A stretch of 64,000 nucleotides of DNA, taken from NCBI GenBank assembly GCA_009103225.1, contig RHPI01002090.1, forward strand, positions 418,652 through 482,651. Reading direction: 5' to 3'. The notes below the pieces were generated by a model that worked only from the letters and a program-made list of their open reading frames with translations, was not told the DNA's origin and ran no database searches. Below are positions 49,345-64,000 of this stretch, piece by piece (within the stretch, counting starts at the first letter, position 1; each line of letters opens with the position of its first letter). The DNA comes from Chlorokybus atmophyticus (lineage: Eukaryota > Plantae > Mesostigma and Chlorokybus algae). The translations under genes and the position numbers were made by a program.

Positions 49345-51850
49345 TCATCCATGGATGTCCTCGTAGGCTCTGACCACCTGCATGTACAAGTGCAAGGGCG
49401 TCACATCATGGATGTCACCAATGTGCCTTACCATTTTGGCACGCAACCTGCTCAACAGATGGCGCTTCTCGTAACCGTAGCCACACATGGTTCTGATGAG
49501 CATGTGCATCTCCTGTATGAAATGCGGTCTGTGCAATGTGCACAAGCGTGTGAAGCGCACATACTGAGACACCACCATGTTAAGCATAGTGATAGTGGCA
49601 ATATTCGAGAGCGCATGTGGTGCTCTCATCACGAGCACTGCATGAAACACGGGCTCACGCAGTTTGTCATACACGTGCGTGCTGATGCCATGGCTGGTGG
49701 TTTGAAAGATCAACATGTCCAAGAATGGTACAGCAGTGCCTGATGCTGGCTGTGACAATGTGAGCATATGCTGAGGGTAAATGCCACCAGCCAGAGCAGT
49801 ATCAAACATGTATATGACGTGCGCAAATCCAGCCAGTGCCACAACCAGCAGGTCATCAACGAATCTGAGTACACAGTGAGCAAACCTTGCTAAGAGCGAT
49901 CTGTCCATTTGTGGCTTCAAACGCCTCAGTCACCAGAGCTCATATGCCAACAAGTCATATTTTGCCAGATACACACCAGCACTGTTACCCATTGCAATAC
50001 CAATGCGTTGCCTGTGCAACTCATCCAATGCTGTCTGCACAAACAAATTAGCGCACACAAGCTGCAGCAAGGTACGCAACAAGTGCTTAATAATTACCTT
50101 GGGCGTGCCCTACAATGCAATGACCGTAGTGCCAAACGCCTATCTGTGCGTGACTTCCCCAGACACTATTGTTATGTGCAATGTAGTAGCTCTATTCTGC
50201 CTCCACATGTGTGCGAACATCTCGTGCACCACCATGGCGATGTTATCAAGCAGGTTAGCATGTTTTAATGTTGTACACAACGTAGTAAAGTCATACATTT
50301 GCAATTGCAAAAACTCATGCTTCTCTTCATGTGTTCGCGTGGTGTTGCGGTAACTTTGCGGGCACTCAAATCCCAATGAGTCCTTCAGGATCTTGAACGC
50401 CTTCAAGCGTGGGATCTGCACAAGCTTTGACCAAATGTCATTGACATAGATGTGCAAGCCTTATGCACTCTGATTAGCCATACCGACACATCCGACAGCA
50501 AAGTATTGTAAGCCGCTGCTATAAAGCGCAGCCTTGGGGGCGTCTTTTGAAGTTTTGCCGCCAAGTCAAGGTGTGGCAGTCTGGCTGTGGTGTTGTACAG
50601 CTGCTGACTGAAGCCATGGTGGGCGTTGAAGTCAGCATGGGATGCCAGCACGTTCGCCGAGGGCTGATGCCATAGCTCATACGTTGGAGTTGATAGCTCC
50701 GCTGTCAAGCATTCCAAGTAGCAGCGCTTCCAAGCAATAGCAAAAGTGGCAGCACATTTGTCCACTTGCATGACAACAAAGCCATGATGCAAGAAATTTA
50801 CAGCAGTATGGTCCATCACCGAGAGTTGCAAGTTTGTTGCTGCGGCAGGCGTTTCTTATTCCTGTAGCACATCTACCACGGCATGTACCCATGCACGCAG
50901 CAACCTTGGTTGGTGCTGCATGGCCTTCTGTCCTTCAGCCCATCTGTACACGCAGTGGTGATAGCGCGTAGGCATGCCTCTGTTGATGCCAACGCTGGCA
51001 GCCTAAACTTCGTCTCACATGTTAGCAAAGAACGCAACCATGGAGCACGTGCCATTGTGTAATCTCATGTTAACACATGACCAAGTGCTGGGTTAGTAAT
51101 GCCCGCGAACACTGCAATGTGGCAACCACAATGCGACATAGCCAGCCTGTTGGGCCTTTGACACACGTGCCACCAAAGATGATCTATTGCATAATGCCTT
51201 GGAAGATGTATGACTATGCTTCCATACCACAAGAGGATCTTTCCAACGTGCTTGCATGTGGGCGGGTATGGCCAGCTTCGCAGCTGATGATGCCGTCGCA
51301 CCCTTGCAAGTTGAACAACTTAGCAGCGATCCCTTGATACCAACACACAATTAACAAGCGGTGACGACTAGGTGCTTGTCTAGGATAGTGTAGGACCGCT
51401 TTGGTCAGCAATCATGTGATCCTCGCCTTTGAATCGTCCAGCCCCAAGTCCTGTTGTGCTGAACGGTTCAACAAGTTGAGCATGCGTTGAAGATTGCGTC
51501 TGCTGTACTATCGTAGCATGCTTGCATGGAATCGTTTTCCCTGCATACATTTCCGTATGTACAGCAACCCGCGTGTATAGTCCCTACAACCATAGTTCCT
51601 GCCATGCAATATGGCAACAGCAGCTGCAGCATTAATGTCATTGTCAGTCACGTTGGGCTGCTCAGCATCAGCGTCATGCCAATCATGCAAGAGCACCTCA
51701 ACATGTGGTTGAACTTGGGTAGTAGCATGCATGTTAGGATAGAGCCGGGTTAGATGTAGCACATAGCCTGGTGGTGAAAAGATGGTGTTGGTGGTTGCAT
51801 GCTGTGATTGTGTGGACAATGATGGTGAATTGCCATATCATGCACAAGCA
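49345..51850 (-). mobile_element. Decayed Penelope-like retroelement (Naiad/Chlamys-type RT)
   Basis: Fragments across frames: GHVLT.DY...LRSLLTCETKFR, VDKCAATFAIAWKRCYLECLTAELSTPTY, LPHLDLAAKLQKTPPRLRFIAA, MYDFTTLCTTLKH, RFVDDL, GGIYP, VPFLD, YDKL, SQYVRFTRLC, MCGYGY. Multiple stops and frameshifts. The 5' boundary is approximate. Confidence 0.8.
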
Positions 51851-52446
51851 TGAGACAACGAACTGCATATGCAACGCCATGCTAGCATGCGTGGCTGCCT
51901 ACCCAATACACTCACGGACAGTTCTCATGCAGTCACACAACCACCTAACTCACACCACATGTCGCGTACAGCTCGCACACTACTACATGCCTTCACACCT
52001 CCCCCCGCACGCAGATACTTTCATTGCAAGCAGGCTACAAACTGGCTCCATTGAACAGCTTGACTGCTCCTCATTCGCTGACATGTACTGACATGCGTGT
52101 ATGCTGCGTTACTTAGACTGAAGCTGTGGTCACAGTTTGAGCTTAGTCGATGCCCATTGTAAATCACATTGCCAAGAACTTACAGCACGCCCTGTGAAAC
52201 TGCACGCACATTACCTGCACGCACATGAAGCAGAGCCAGTCCGGAATTGGCCATGTTGGTCTGCAGATCACCAGAGCCATGCCACCAACAGCACATGCAT
52301 GCTGACAGTGGTCCAAGCAGGCACTGTGCTTGACACCTAGTGCACAGTTCTGCTAGGACGCATTGCTGAGCCATTGGTTAAAAGACTTTAGTGGAAAACT
52401 CTGGCTGCTCAATACATCTTCCTCACGTGCTGACTACCATATCACG

Positions 52447-54918
<2,472 letters not shown>

Positions 54919-55333
54919 GCGTGTTGGTTGCCGACCTGTCTGCAACCTAGGCCTGCGTAATTGGGGCCAAAACCGTCGCTGCCGCCCATGGCTCAGTTGA
55001 CGCCCGCCGAAAACCTGCTGCAGGTCGCTAGCCGGCCCCCAGCCAGCCGCGCGCTGGGCGCGCTGCATGCCCGAAAAGCATTGCAGTAGCTCCACGCTGG
55101 CTGCGCGACAGCGATCGGCCAGCCTGAAGCTACAAGATACCAACCCACTCCGCCCAAACGCCACCACCACAAAGCTCCCGACCAGGGTTGCTCGCTGAAC
55201 ACCACCACCGCCGCCGCCGCCAACGGCGCCGAGGATGATGTCCACCCTCCAGTAATCCGCTGCTTGCTGGTGTCATTCTGAGCTGCTCCAACAACAGTCG
55301 AGAGCAGGCAGCGCCATACAAATGTTACGCTCG

Positions 55334-55573
55334 TTTAGGGTTGCGAATCGAGCGCAAAGTGTCGAGAGGCGAGCGTCGTTTTCCGTCGTGGCCGCCGGCG
55401 TCGTCGTCAAGGAGGACATCAAGGAGCAGGGTGGTGAAGCGTTCAGGAGAGGAGCTGGTGCCGTCTTTGCTGTCTGTGCCTGCAATCCCTTCCAACTGAT
55501 TGAGGGAATGCTTGCGGCGGTATTGCTCGCCGGCGGATGAGGCTTTTAGGGTTGAAGAGCTTGCTTAGGGTTT
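55334..55573. promoter_or_regulatory. Three telo-box-like motifs (TTAGGGTT) in the QTRT1/GPS2-like divergent intergenic region
   Basis: TTTAGGGTT at about 55334, TTTTAGGGTT at about 55544 and TTAGGGTTT at about 55565. Confidence 0.45.
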
Positions 55574-55690
55574 GGGGCGTCGTCGTCGGCGACGTGCACT
55601 TCAACTGTGCTAAAGTGTCATCCAGCAGTTGCTGAGCAGGTGGTCAGCTACTGCTGTTGCTGAGGCAGGCGCTCATGCTGCTGGTAGCTG

Positions 55691-58600
55691 ATGAGTATTG
55701 GCGAAGTCATGGCGATGGGGCAAAGGCCTATTCTGCTGCCGAGGAACGCCATGAGCATGGGAGCGTTCCGCACCGCCCTGCTAAAGCGTAAACTCAAGGT
55801 CATGCAAGATGAGGCGCCGCCGTCCCGACAGCAGGCGCGCGTGTCCTCGTCTTCGCAGCAAAGCGACGGAATAGCATCGGACGCTGCAGAGCGTGTTGCA
55901 GGTCGGATGCCCAGTGTTACTTGCTCAATACGCAGCACTCGAGTTTAGTACGTCCCATGCAACCTGTCTTGCAGCGAGGTTTTACAAAGGCTCTATGGGC
56001 TCATCTGTGCCACATCCATCCTTGATGATGCACTGATGCTCTACGGAGGTTGACAAATTTGTGCTATATCCTATCTTGACCATGCATGCTGGGATCACGC
56101 GTTGTCAGCCATTCACATCAACTGTGTTGTCCTCTCGTCAACAATGTATCAACAGTTGGCGTTTGATGTTTTTAAATTGGGACCACATGTTGTCAATCTT
56201 CCACAGTAATTGCGACGTCCCATTGTCAACAGTGTACTAGCAGGTTGCCGTCCAATGTTTTTATTTTGTGTGTACTTGGTGATGGTTGTTTTGCCAATGC
56301 CCTGAATTCTGAGTTGCGTGCGTTTGTATCCAGCCGCGTTGCAGTCAACCGCTTCTCCACCGCCCGAGTCTCCATCAACACCAGCGCCTGCTGTGCCATG
56401 TGCAAGCAAAGCACAGAGCGCTTCACCTGCATCCGCTGAAGGTGATGGAGTCGAGCCAATGCAGGTTTCTGGTGCTGCCCAAGATGCAGGTCCGGCAGAG
56501 CCTGAGGCGACAGATGCGACAACTGCAGTTTGTGTAAAACAGGAGACTTCTTCCCCTGCTCGTGAAGTGGAGGACTTGCAGACTACACTATCTGAACTTG
56601 AAGGCCAAAGACATCGCCTGGTGTTGCTGCTGAAACAGGTGACTGGTGCATATGTGTGGCCCTGCATATTGGTGCATCAATTAAAAGGCTTCACTGTTGT
56701 GGAGTGATTGTGGCAAGTCTCTCGCTCGTTGTGCTTGCTTTAGATCGAACGGGCTATTGATGTTGCGGGCAGCGGCGGTCATGATGCTAACAAGTGTTTT
56801 GTTGCTATTAGTCTATCTTGTAATCATGATGCTCGTTGCACAGATGCTGAGTGAAGAAGACAGTAGACGGCAGCAACAGCAGCAGCAGCAGATGCTGCCA
56901 GGGATGCTGCAAGTGCCGTTGCCTCAGACCCCACAAGCAGTACCACAAGAAGTACCACCGTTACAACCACAGATTGGCATGCCAGTGTCTTCACAGCCTG
57001 ACATCCCATCCCCTATGCCTGTGGCAACAAGCACTGAAACGTATGCACATCGGCTTGCCTCAAGTCCTATTCCAAACCCATTCCTTGCAATCTCTTCACC
57101 ATCAGCATCTATTCCGCGTCCACCCCTTCCACCATCTGCGGCACCAGTGCTGCAGCGGCCAAGTGAAACCACAGAAGACAAGCCTGCGCAGCCATCACTT
57201 CAACCCGCAGTACAACCTTCTATGCCTGCGCCACCCCCACTTTTCCGGCCAATGGTTGGCACACCCCACGCTTCGCCATTGTCGGTGAATGTACAGACGC
57301 TACCTGCAGTGTCCGCGGCCAGCCCTTCAACCACTTCAGTCCCCTTGCGTCATGCTACCACGCCCACCCCGGCCACACCGATTACAGCAAACTTGAAACC
57401 TCCAACGCCCCCGCCCCCGCCACCTCCTCCACGTGCAGACTCTCCTGCTCCGTCAACACTACTGCAACCCACTGCCACTGAGCAGGAAGGTGAGCGCCAT
57501 GAGCGCGATGCAGATCGCCCTCATGACCGCGAGCGCGGCAAAGAGCGAGATCGAAGTAGAGATCGTGACAGGGATCGTGACCGAAGTGCACGCAGAGAGC
57601 GCGACAAGGACAGAGACAAAGAAAGGGATAAAGACAAGGAGAAGGAGAAGGACAAGGACAAAGATAAGGACAAAGATAAAGAGAAGGACAGAGAGAGGGT
57701 TGCTGAGAGAGACAAGGAGCGAGGTCGGGAGCGTGATCGTGAAAAAGCAGACCTTGATGCCAAGCAGGACAAGGACAAGGATCCCAACCAGGAGGCGAAG
57801 CGAGATCGCCACAGCGACAGGCGAGATCGTGATCGTGGCAGGGACAGGGACCGAGAGCGAGAAGGACACAGGGATCGTGACAGAGACCGCGACAGAGATC
57901 GTGATCGCGACAGGGATCGGTCTTTGGTGACAGGCAAGTCATGGGGTTGTCAAATTGTATCAAATTGTTTCGCTGGTTTGCACTCGTTGCGACACGCATA
58001 GGTTGAAAACCACCACACTTCTGACGCAACAGTTGTTGGCTCAGGTCCGCCTCATCGCCAGCGCAGTCCTATGGTGATGCACAATACTGTCCCTCTGCCG
58101 CCTGCCCTTGCAAGAGCTGCCTCTTTGACGGCTGCCGGCCAACAATACAGCCCAGGTCATGGACGGGGAGGCTTCTACGGCCATGGTACTGCCGGCACGA
58201 TGGGCTTGGCGCCAGTGTCAGGTTACATGGGTGTTCAACTGGGCATGGGGGCCCATCCTTACTCGTCACATGTGGTAAGCAAGATGGGCGGGGCAGTTGA
58301 CCGCACTCTTGGATGCTACGCTATGTTGTTGGAAACTTGTGACTGCACGACTACTGACTTTGGCGATGTGTGGTGCAGCCTGTAAACCGCCGACAAGTTA
58401 TGCAGCATGCTGCAATGCATGTGCCACAACATCCCAAGATGACAATGGGGCACATGGGGCACATGGGACAAGGGGCTATGTATGGAGGTTTCAACGCCTC
58501 GCAGATGCCGCAGGTTGGTACCTGCATGAGACAGATACACTTGTTGCTGTTGTGGGTGTTGCGTCCGTGCGTCTCACTGCTGTCGCTGACACAGCGTATG

Positions 58601-58738
58601 CTCCGTTGTGTGCAGGCACATACCATGCCACAGCAGCCAGGTCCAAATATAGGCGGTCCAGTTATGCGTGGCCCGCCATCTGCAGCGCCTTATCAGGACA
58701 TGCGCATGCAGCCAATGCCGCCGTGGCCGCAGCGCTGA
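55691..58738 (+). CDS. Pro-rich and RD/KD-rich nuclear protein with a GPS2-like coiled coil
   Basis: RPILLPRNAM..., EVEDLQTTLSELEGQRHRLVLLLKQMLSEEDSRR (resembles the GPS2 N-terminal coiled coil), long Pro-rich and Arg-Asp tracts, and a Met/Gly/Gln/Pro-rich C-terminus. One probable GC-AG intron (57934-58044). Confidence 0.72.
57495..57920 (+). repeat. Coding low-complexity Arg-Asp / Lys-Asp repeat tract
   Basis: Imperfect GATCGTGAC / GACAAGGAC-type units encode RDRDRD and KDKDKD inside the GPS2-like exon. Confidence 0.85.
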
Positions 58739-59310
58739 TTGCACCTGTCATGAGCTTAGCGCGCGGAATTGCGCACAGACATTGCAAGCAAAACTGTACA
58801 TAATGGTCAATATGGTAGAGGCGCAGTGTCGGAATAAGCTATGACGTATCAATAATGCTTTAGCGCTAGCGTGCGGCACGCAATCAAACCTAACTGCCAA
58901 GCTTATACCAGGAGGTCTTTTTCAACTGTGATTGTCAAGCATATATGGGGCACATATGCAGCACAAGTAATATGTTGTGTCGGGTGCAAGGATTGTCAAT
59001 ATATGTGTTTTCTTGTGGCAAGTGGTTGTACAATTGGATCCGAAGCTTTCACATTGCGGAGTGGGTGACTGTGTTGCAAAGGGGTGCGGGTAATGTGTTC
59101 GCAACATTCTGCATGACGGCAAGCGTAACATCACGTGCTGCTATTGCAACTGCATGTATGCCAGGTCAGCACAGCAGTAATGCAGGGAATGCCAAGTTGG
59201 GCAGTGCCATCCACTGGAAGCGCGCAGTTTGTGGCAGGTGTCACCCAAGTCGCTTGCAGACGGAGACTCGCAAACACGCTCGTTCAAGGGCGGCGGCGGC
59301 GGCGGCGGCG

Positions 59311-61715
59311 ATGCTGCTGGTGGCGGGCAGCTACGAGCGCTTCGTGTTCAGCTACTCACTGTCAAACAACGACAGGAAGGCTGACGGCGATGAGGAAGCT
59401 GGACCGTCCCTCGCAGCGGAGTTCACTCACGCTGCGCACCTGGCAGCTGTCAAGTGCGTCGCCGCAAGGGGCCCTGTGCTTGTCTCCGGCGGAAGCGACG
59501 ATGTCGTCAGGTAGGCGGCGGAGACTCTCAGCTCAGTAGTCTTCTTCTGCTATGCACGGCACAGGATACGGCTGATAAAATCCTACCGCTGCTTTTGGCG
59601 CCCAGTCGCTGGGTCGCATGCGTCGGCTGCTCACCGTCGTTTGTTTCTGTTCATAGTGGTGCGGGAGTCCACGCACAGAACAACTTAGTCTTAGTACTAC
59701 TTGCATGGATAGAGGCGCACTACTGAGACGAACGGACTCTGTTGCAATCACGGCATTGTCATTTTGGCCTGCTGTGCCTCGTAGGTGACAACTGTGTCCA
59801 CGTGCATTCACCCAGTGTTACATTGATGCATTCTCCACAAGACTATCACTCCGTTTCCAGCTGTGTCTTCTATGTTTCCACTTGTGTAACGATATAAACA
59901 AAGTCTTGTCCTCCCTGCACTGCATGTGATGCCAGACTGCAGTTGCTGCGCATGCATGATGGGTAATGGTTGTGGTGTGTGGCAGTGTTGCTGTCTGTTT
60001 CTCATTGCCTGGCATATAAGCTGCCACAAGCTCTTGCATACATGCAATCCCGCCAGCCGCGCGCAATCCCCAACCTTGTGTGCATGCTTGACGCCAGGGT
60101 GTTCGACTTAAAAGCGAAAAGGGATATGGGGTCGCTGGTGCTTCATGAAGGTTTGCTGTTGGCATATTTTTGCATGCAGCAAGGACAGTTGTTGGCTCAT
60201 TGCCTTGGGCGATGCGTCCTGTTCAACAACATGCGAGGCAACAACAGCCGTGTTGCGTTTTTGCACAGCATGCAAAGTTTCTGGCTGTGACTTCCCGACC
60301 CCTCGAGTGGTGGTGTGTGCCTGACAGCCAACGCACGCATGCTTAGGATCGGTGACGTGCGTGCAGCTGTACGGTCGCGGCGCACGCCCAACACACATGC
60401 TGAGCGGCGCGGATGATGGACGAATTGCCATCTGGCGCTGCGATGGGTGGAACCACTTGAAGACGTTGCCGGGCCACAAGTGAGTGAGGAGCTGGTTGAA
60501 GCCATGTAAGAGCATTCCCAGCCTAGACCCAAGTTAACTTTGGCATGGCATTGCGCGCAGGGCTGGCATCACAGGTCTGGCCGTGCATCCAACCGGGATA
60601 GTGGCTCTGTCGGTGTCGCGAGACCGACATCTCCGCATGTGGGATCTGTCAAAGGGTCGGTGCACGTACACTCACTCCTTGCCCTCAGGTAGCTTTGCTT
60701 GATGCTGCTTGGCTAGGTCGCAACAGGTCTTAGCGAATGCCAGTCAAATTGAAGGTTGGTGTCTTGATGTGCAGGTGCCGAGTTGATAAGCTTTGCGCCA
60801 CAAGGTGGCACAACATATGCCATTACTGCTGGTACAACAGTGTCACTACACAGTGTGGAGGTTAGGCCTGGAACGCAGCTTTCAGTCCTGGTTGTAGACC
60901 GCACTGTTTGTGCTTTCATCTCCTGTTGCATGCATTGGAGACTCTGACCCCCCTTTGTTTGCTCAGGATGGGAACGTCCTAGCTAGCTTCAAGCACTCAG
61001 ACAAGAATATCCTCTGCATGGCGCATCATCAGGTAAAAGGTGTAGCAGTGAGTTGAAGCATGGCTGTGTTGAGAAGTGTATTTGGCACGAGCGATGGGGC
61101 ATGGGCATCAGTGATTGCTAAGTCGGTAGGATCAAGTTGTCATCACTGGAGGTGAAGACAAGGCAGTGCGCGTGTGGGATGGGAGGCAGGAAGGTGCAGC
61201 GTTGGAGATAGCATCTGCTCATGAGAACCGGTGCGTCTACCATTGAACTGCAATACTAGGATGCCACCTACTCTGCTTGCATGATTCCAGTGGAGCCTCT
61301 TGCGCTCTCTGGTGCAGTGCTCCTGATCGCCACATGTGCGCAGGGTAAGAGGTTTGGCTCTACCTGCAGCTGAAGGTGCATCCACCATCCCTGCGCACAT
61401 TGCCTCAGCGTCATCTGATGGCTTCATCAAGCTTTGGGACACCAGAGTCGCAGATGCGTCGAGGTAAAACATTTGCAACAGTAATCTTGCAGGATCTTGC
61501 TTGTAAGTTACCGCACAGAAGCACGCATACTGGCAAAGGCATGTAACACCTCCTGGTGGGTATGCAGGCCTTTTGCAAAAGTGGACACCAAAGCCCGTCT
61601 CACATGCCTTACTTGGAGCAGAGCAGACAGGACGCTACCAGTGCATCACTCTCAGCCTGACTCAGCCAATGCTCCCAATGGCAGTATCGCAACAAAGAAG
61701 AAGAAACGGAAATGA
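59311..61715 (+). CDS. MAK11: WD40 ribosome-biogenesis factor PAK1IP1/MAK11
   Basis: Starts MLLVAGSYERFVF; AHLAAVKCVA, LVSGGSDD, HEGSVTC, MLSGADDG, LAVHPTGIVALSVSRDRHLRMWDL, ASASSDGFIKLWD, ARLTCL; basic tail KKKKRK*. Nine phase-consistent exons. Confidence 0.93.
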
Positions 61716-62099
61716 CCTGATGAGTGATGTCTGATGTGTCCTGCGTGTATAATATCGTATGCAAGGATTGTGGCATGCATGAGAATGTAGCAAACATGCA
61801 TGCAGTCCGCACACTACACCATCGCACTCTTGTATTCACCACCGGGATGTCCAAGCTCACTACTTATCTACCTTCACTACTGCCCATACCCCGTGCAACA
61901 CACATGCATGCACGTGTGATTACCTGGACAACATGACCAGGGCAGCGTCAACAATGGTAGTCAGCAGATGTAGCGGTGCAGCAGAAGCAATGCAGTAAGC
62001 AGCCAGCCCATGAACTCCCTTCCCCTCCCTCTCTCTCTTCCTCCCCCTCGTGCTCCTCTCCCTTGTGTTGGGGTTACCTGCTGTGTGTTAGGCCTATGG

Positions 62100-64000
62100 G
62101 GCGCGCATCGATGTGTCACGCTGCGCGGCGCTGGCTTTAGCGCGCATCCTGGCGTCTCCAGCCGAATCGGACGGCTGGAACTTGTGGCTGCTTTTGCCAC
62201 GCCTTCTGCTGACGGCATGCCACGATCAAGACCAGAGACGCGTCAAGGCTACCGTCCGTGACCGTTGCCGGCGGTTTGAATCAGGCGACTGGGAAGGACT
62301 GTGGGCCGATCGTACCGCAGCAGTTGCGGCTGCAGCAGCAACGCGCCGCATGTCGGCCGAAGCGGCGGCCAATCGTCGCCCATCTGACTGGAACGTTCGC
62401 CGTGCCATCGCACTCGCCCACGCAGGCCAGCTGAGCAGAGCTGCCGCGGCACTGACTCCGTCCCCGCCAGCGCCAGCCGACGACGCAACAGTGGCCGTCT
62501 CCATCCGGTCCCAGCTGCTCCTATACCTGCTTGGGTGCCTGATTTTGTGCCGGCCGAAGTGATCGAATTGTCCGCCACGAATTTGAGAGACAGTCTGCTC
62601 ACGGCGCGCCGCCTCACTGCTCCTGGACCGTCCGGGTGGACGTACGAACACATGCGAGACATCCTATTGGCGGGCGCCGCGCACACGTCGACATGGCATC
62701 AGTTCTATAACGTGTGTCAGCTGCTGGTGACCGGGTTGGTCCCAGCGTCGGTGGCGTCCGCTCTAGCCACGTCATCTTTATCAGCCCTTCGCAAAGACCC
62801 GGCTTCGGCTGCCGCGGGTGTCCGTCCGATCGCAGTGGGAGATGTACTGCAGCGCCTGGTGGCGCGCTCTTTGCTGGCTCAAGACCGCCCGGCGTTAGCT
62901 GTTTTCTTCGAGCCATGGCAGTATGCCGTGGCCACAAGATCTGGAGCTGAGCTCGTGGCGCACGGCCTACGCGTCTGGTCCGAGGCGCACCCGGACAACG
63001 TCATCTTGCAGCTGGATATCTCCAATGCCTTCAACACCGTTGATCGCGCAGTAATGTTTGCGGAGCTCCGAGATTCTCCCTTCGCGGGTTACATTCCATT
63101 TGTCAGGCTGTGGTACGGCACCCCGTCCAACTTGTGGTATCGGCGTGGCGCGGACGTCATTGCCATCCCGTCGTCGACGGGGACCAGACAAGGGGATCCA
63201 TTGGCGGGCTTTCTTTATGCTTTGGTGCACACCCGCGTGGTGGCCCGTGTGCTGCCAAATTACCGCTGCGCACGCGCTATCGCGTTCGCTGACGACACTT
63301 TCATGGTCGGCCCCCCTGACGAGGTGACAGCAGCATCACGTGCGTGCACAGCGGAGATGGCGTCCGTGGGCCTCCACGTCGCCCCCACCAAATCGGCCGC
63401 TTATAGCGCTGACGCGGCCGTCTTGCGTCTGCTCGAGGTGGAGGCCAGCGTTTCGCGTTGCAATGATGGCCTCATAGCACTGGGTGTGCCGCTTGGCACG
63501 GTATCTTTCGCGGAGGCGCATTGCCAGAAGACCTTGCAGGCTTTTGTGGACGATTTGCCGGCCATTCAGGCCTTGCCGGACACACAAGTGGCGGTGCTTC
63601 TGCTGACTAAGTGCGTGGCGGCGCGCCCGGGCTACCTCACACGTACGGTCGCCCCCTCACCGGCCTTCCGGTCGGCTTTGGCATCGTTTGACGGCGCGCT
63701 CCAAGGTGTGGTCCGAGCCCTGGTGCAGTCGCCCGCGTGGCCGGCGGTGTCGCACCGTGCTGAGCGCATCACGGCCCAGATCTTGCTGCCCATCCGATCG
63801 GGCGGTCTAGGGTTGCGCTGCAACTACCTGCATGCACCCGCGGCTTACATCGGCGGATGGGCCGCAGCGGCATGCCAACTGCGCCGCCGTTTCACCGCCC
63901 CTCCATCACCGCCTTTCGTCGACGCCATCGACAGCGCCGACGTAGGCATTTTGCCTTTTCAACGCGATCTGAGAGCTGCGACGCAGCTGCTGCCACCGTC
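62100..64000 (+). mobile_element. CRE-like (early-branching, RLE-type) non-LTR retrotransposon RT region, running off the window end
   Basis: WNLWLLLPRLLL, AGQLSRAAAAL, APGPSGWTYEH, GVRPIAVGD, LDISNAFNT, GTRQGDPL, AFADD, ALGVPLG, LPIRSGGLG. One frameshift near 62497. No stop seen from there to the window end. Confidence 0.9.

Noticed and set aside
49345-51850. Selenocysteine recoding of TGA codons in the Naiad-like element
   Set aside because: The copy also has TAA/TAG stops and frameshifts, so the TGAs are better explained by decay.
57382-58029. SR-like (RS-repeat) protein on the minus strand
   Set aside because: It is the antisense shadow of the RD/KD tract in the plus-strand gene, which has coherent splice signals.

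Overview
Gene-dense, intron-rich eukaryotic nuclear DNA from a green alga. Protein similarities point to a streptophyte-like alga, but that is inference only. I spliced the genes by hand and support 16 protein-coding genes: a plastid-type double-LysM protein, a DHHC S-acyltransferase, organellar RPS16 (largely missed by the ORF track), LSM8, legumain/VPE, an ABCG half-transporter, a methyltransferase-riboflavin kinase fusion, cyclin C, an EGF-like type I membrane protein, MATH-BTB (BPM), a SNAP25-family SNARE, a small mitochondrial-type protein, a bacterial-type GCS2-like ligase, QTRT1, a GPS2-like protein and MAK11/PAK1IP1. The transposons are a full-length but defective Ty3/gypsy chromovirus (41946-48971, TSD TCAAC), a decayed Penelope-like element of Naiad/Chlamys type next to it, and a CRE-like non-LTR RT that runs off the right end. 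The most unusual signal is the ABCG gene, whose spliced frame runs without a break from a LOV-shaped PAS domain (probably preceded by a second PAS) into the ATPase domain. Also notable are the methyltransferase-flavokinase fusion on the divergent strand next to it, an adenine-methyltransferase-like insert after a single UAG in the gypsy gag-pol junction, an 86-bp-arm foldback, and four GC-AG introns. All domain calls come from motif recognition by eye. No searches were run.
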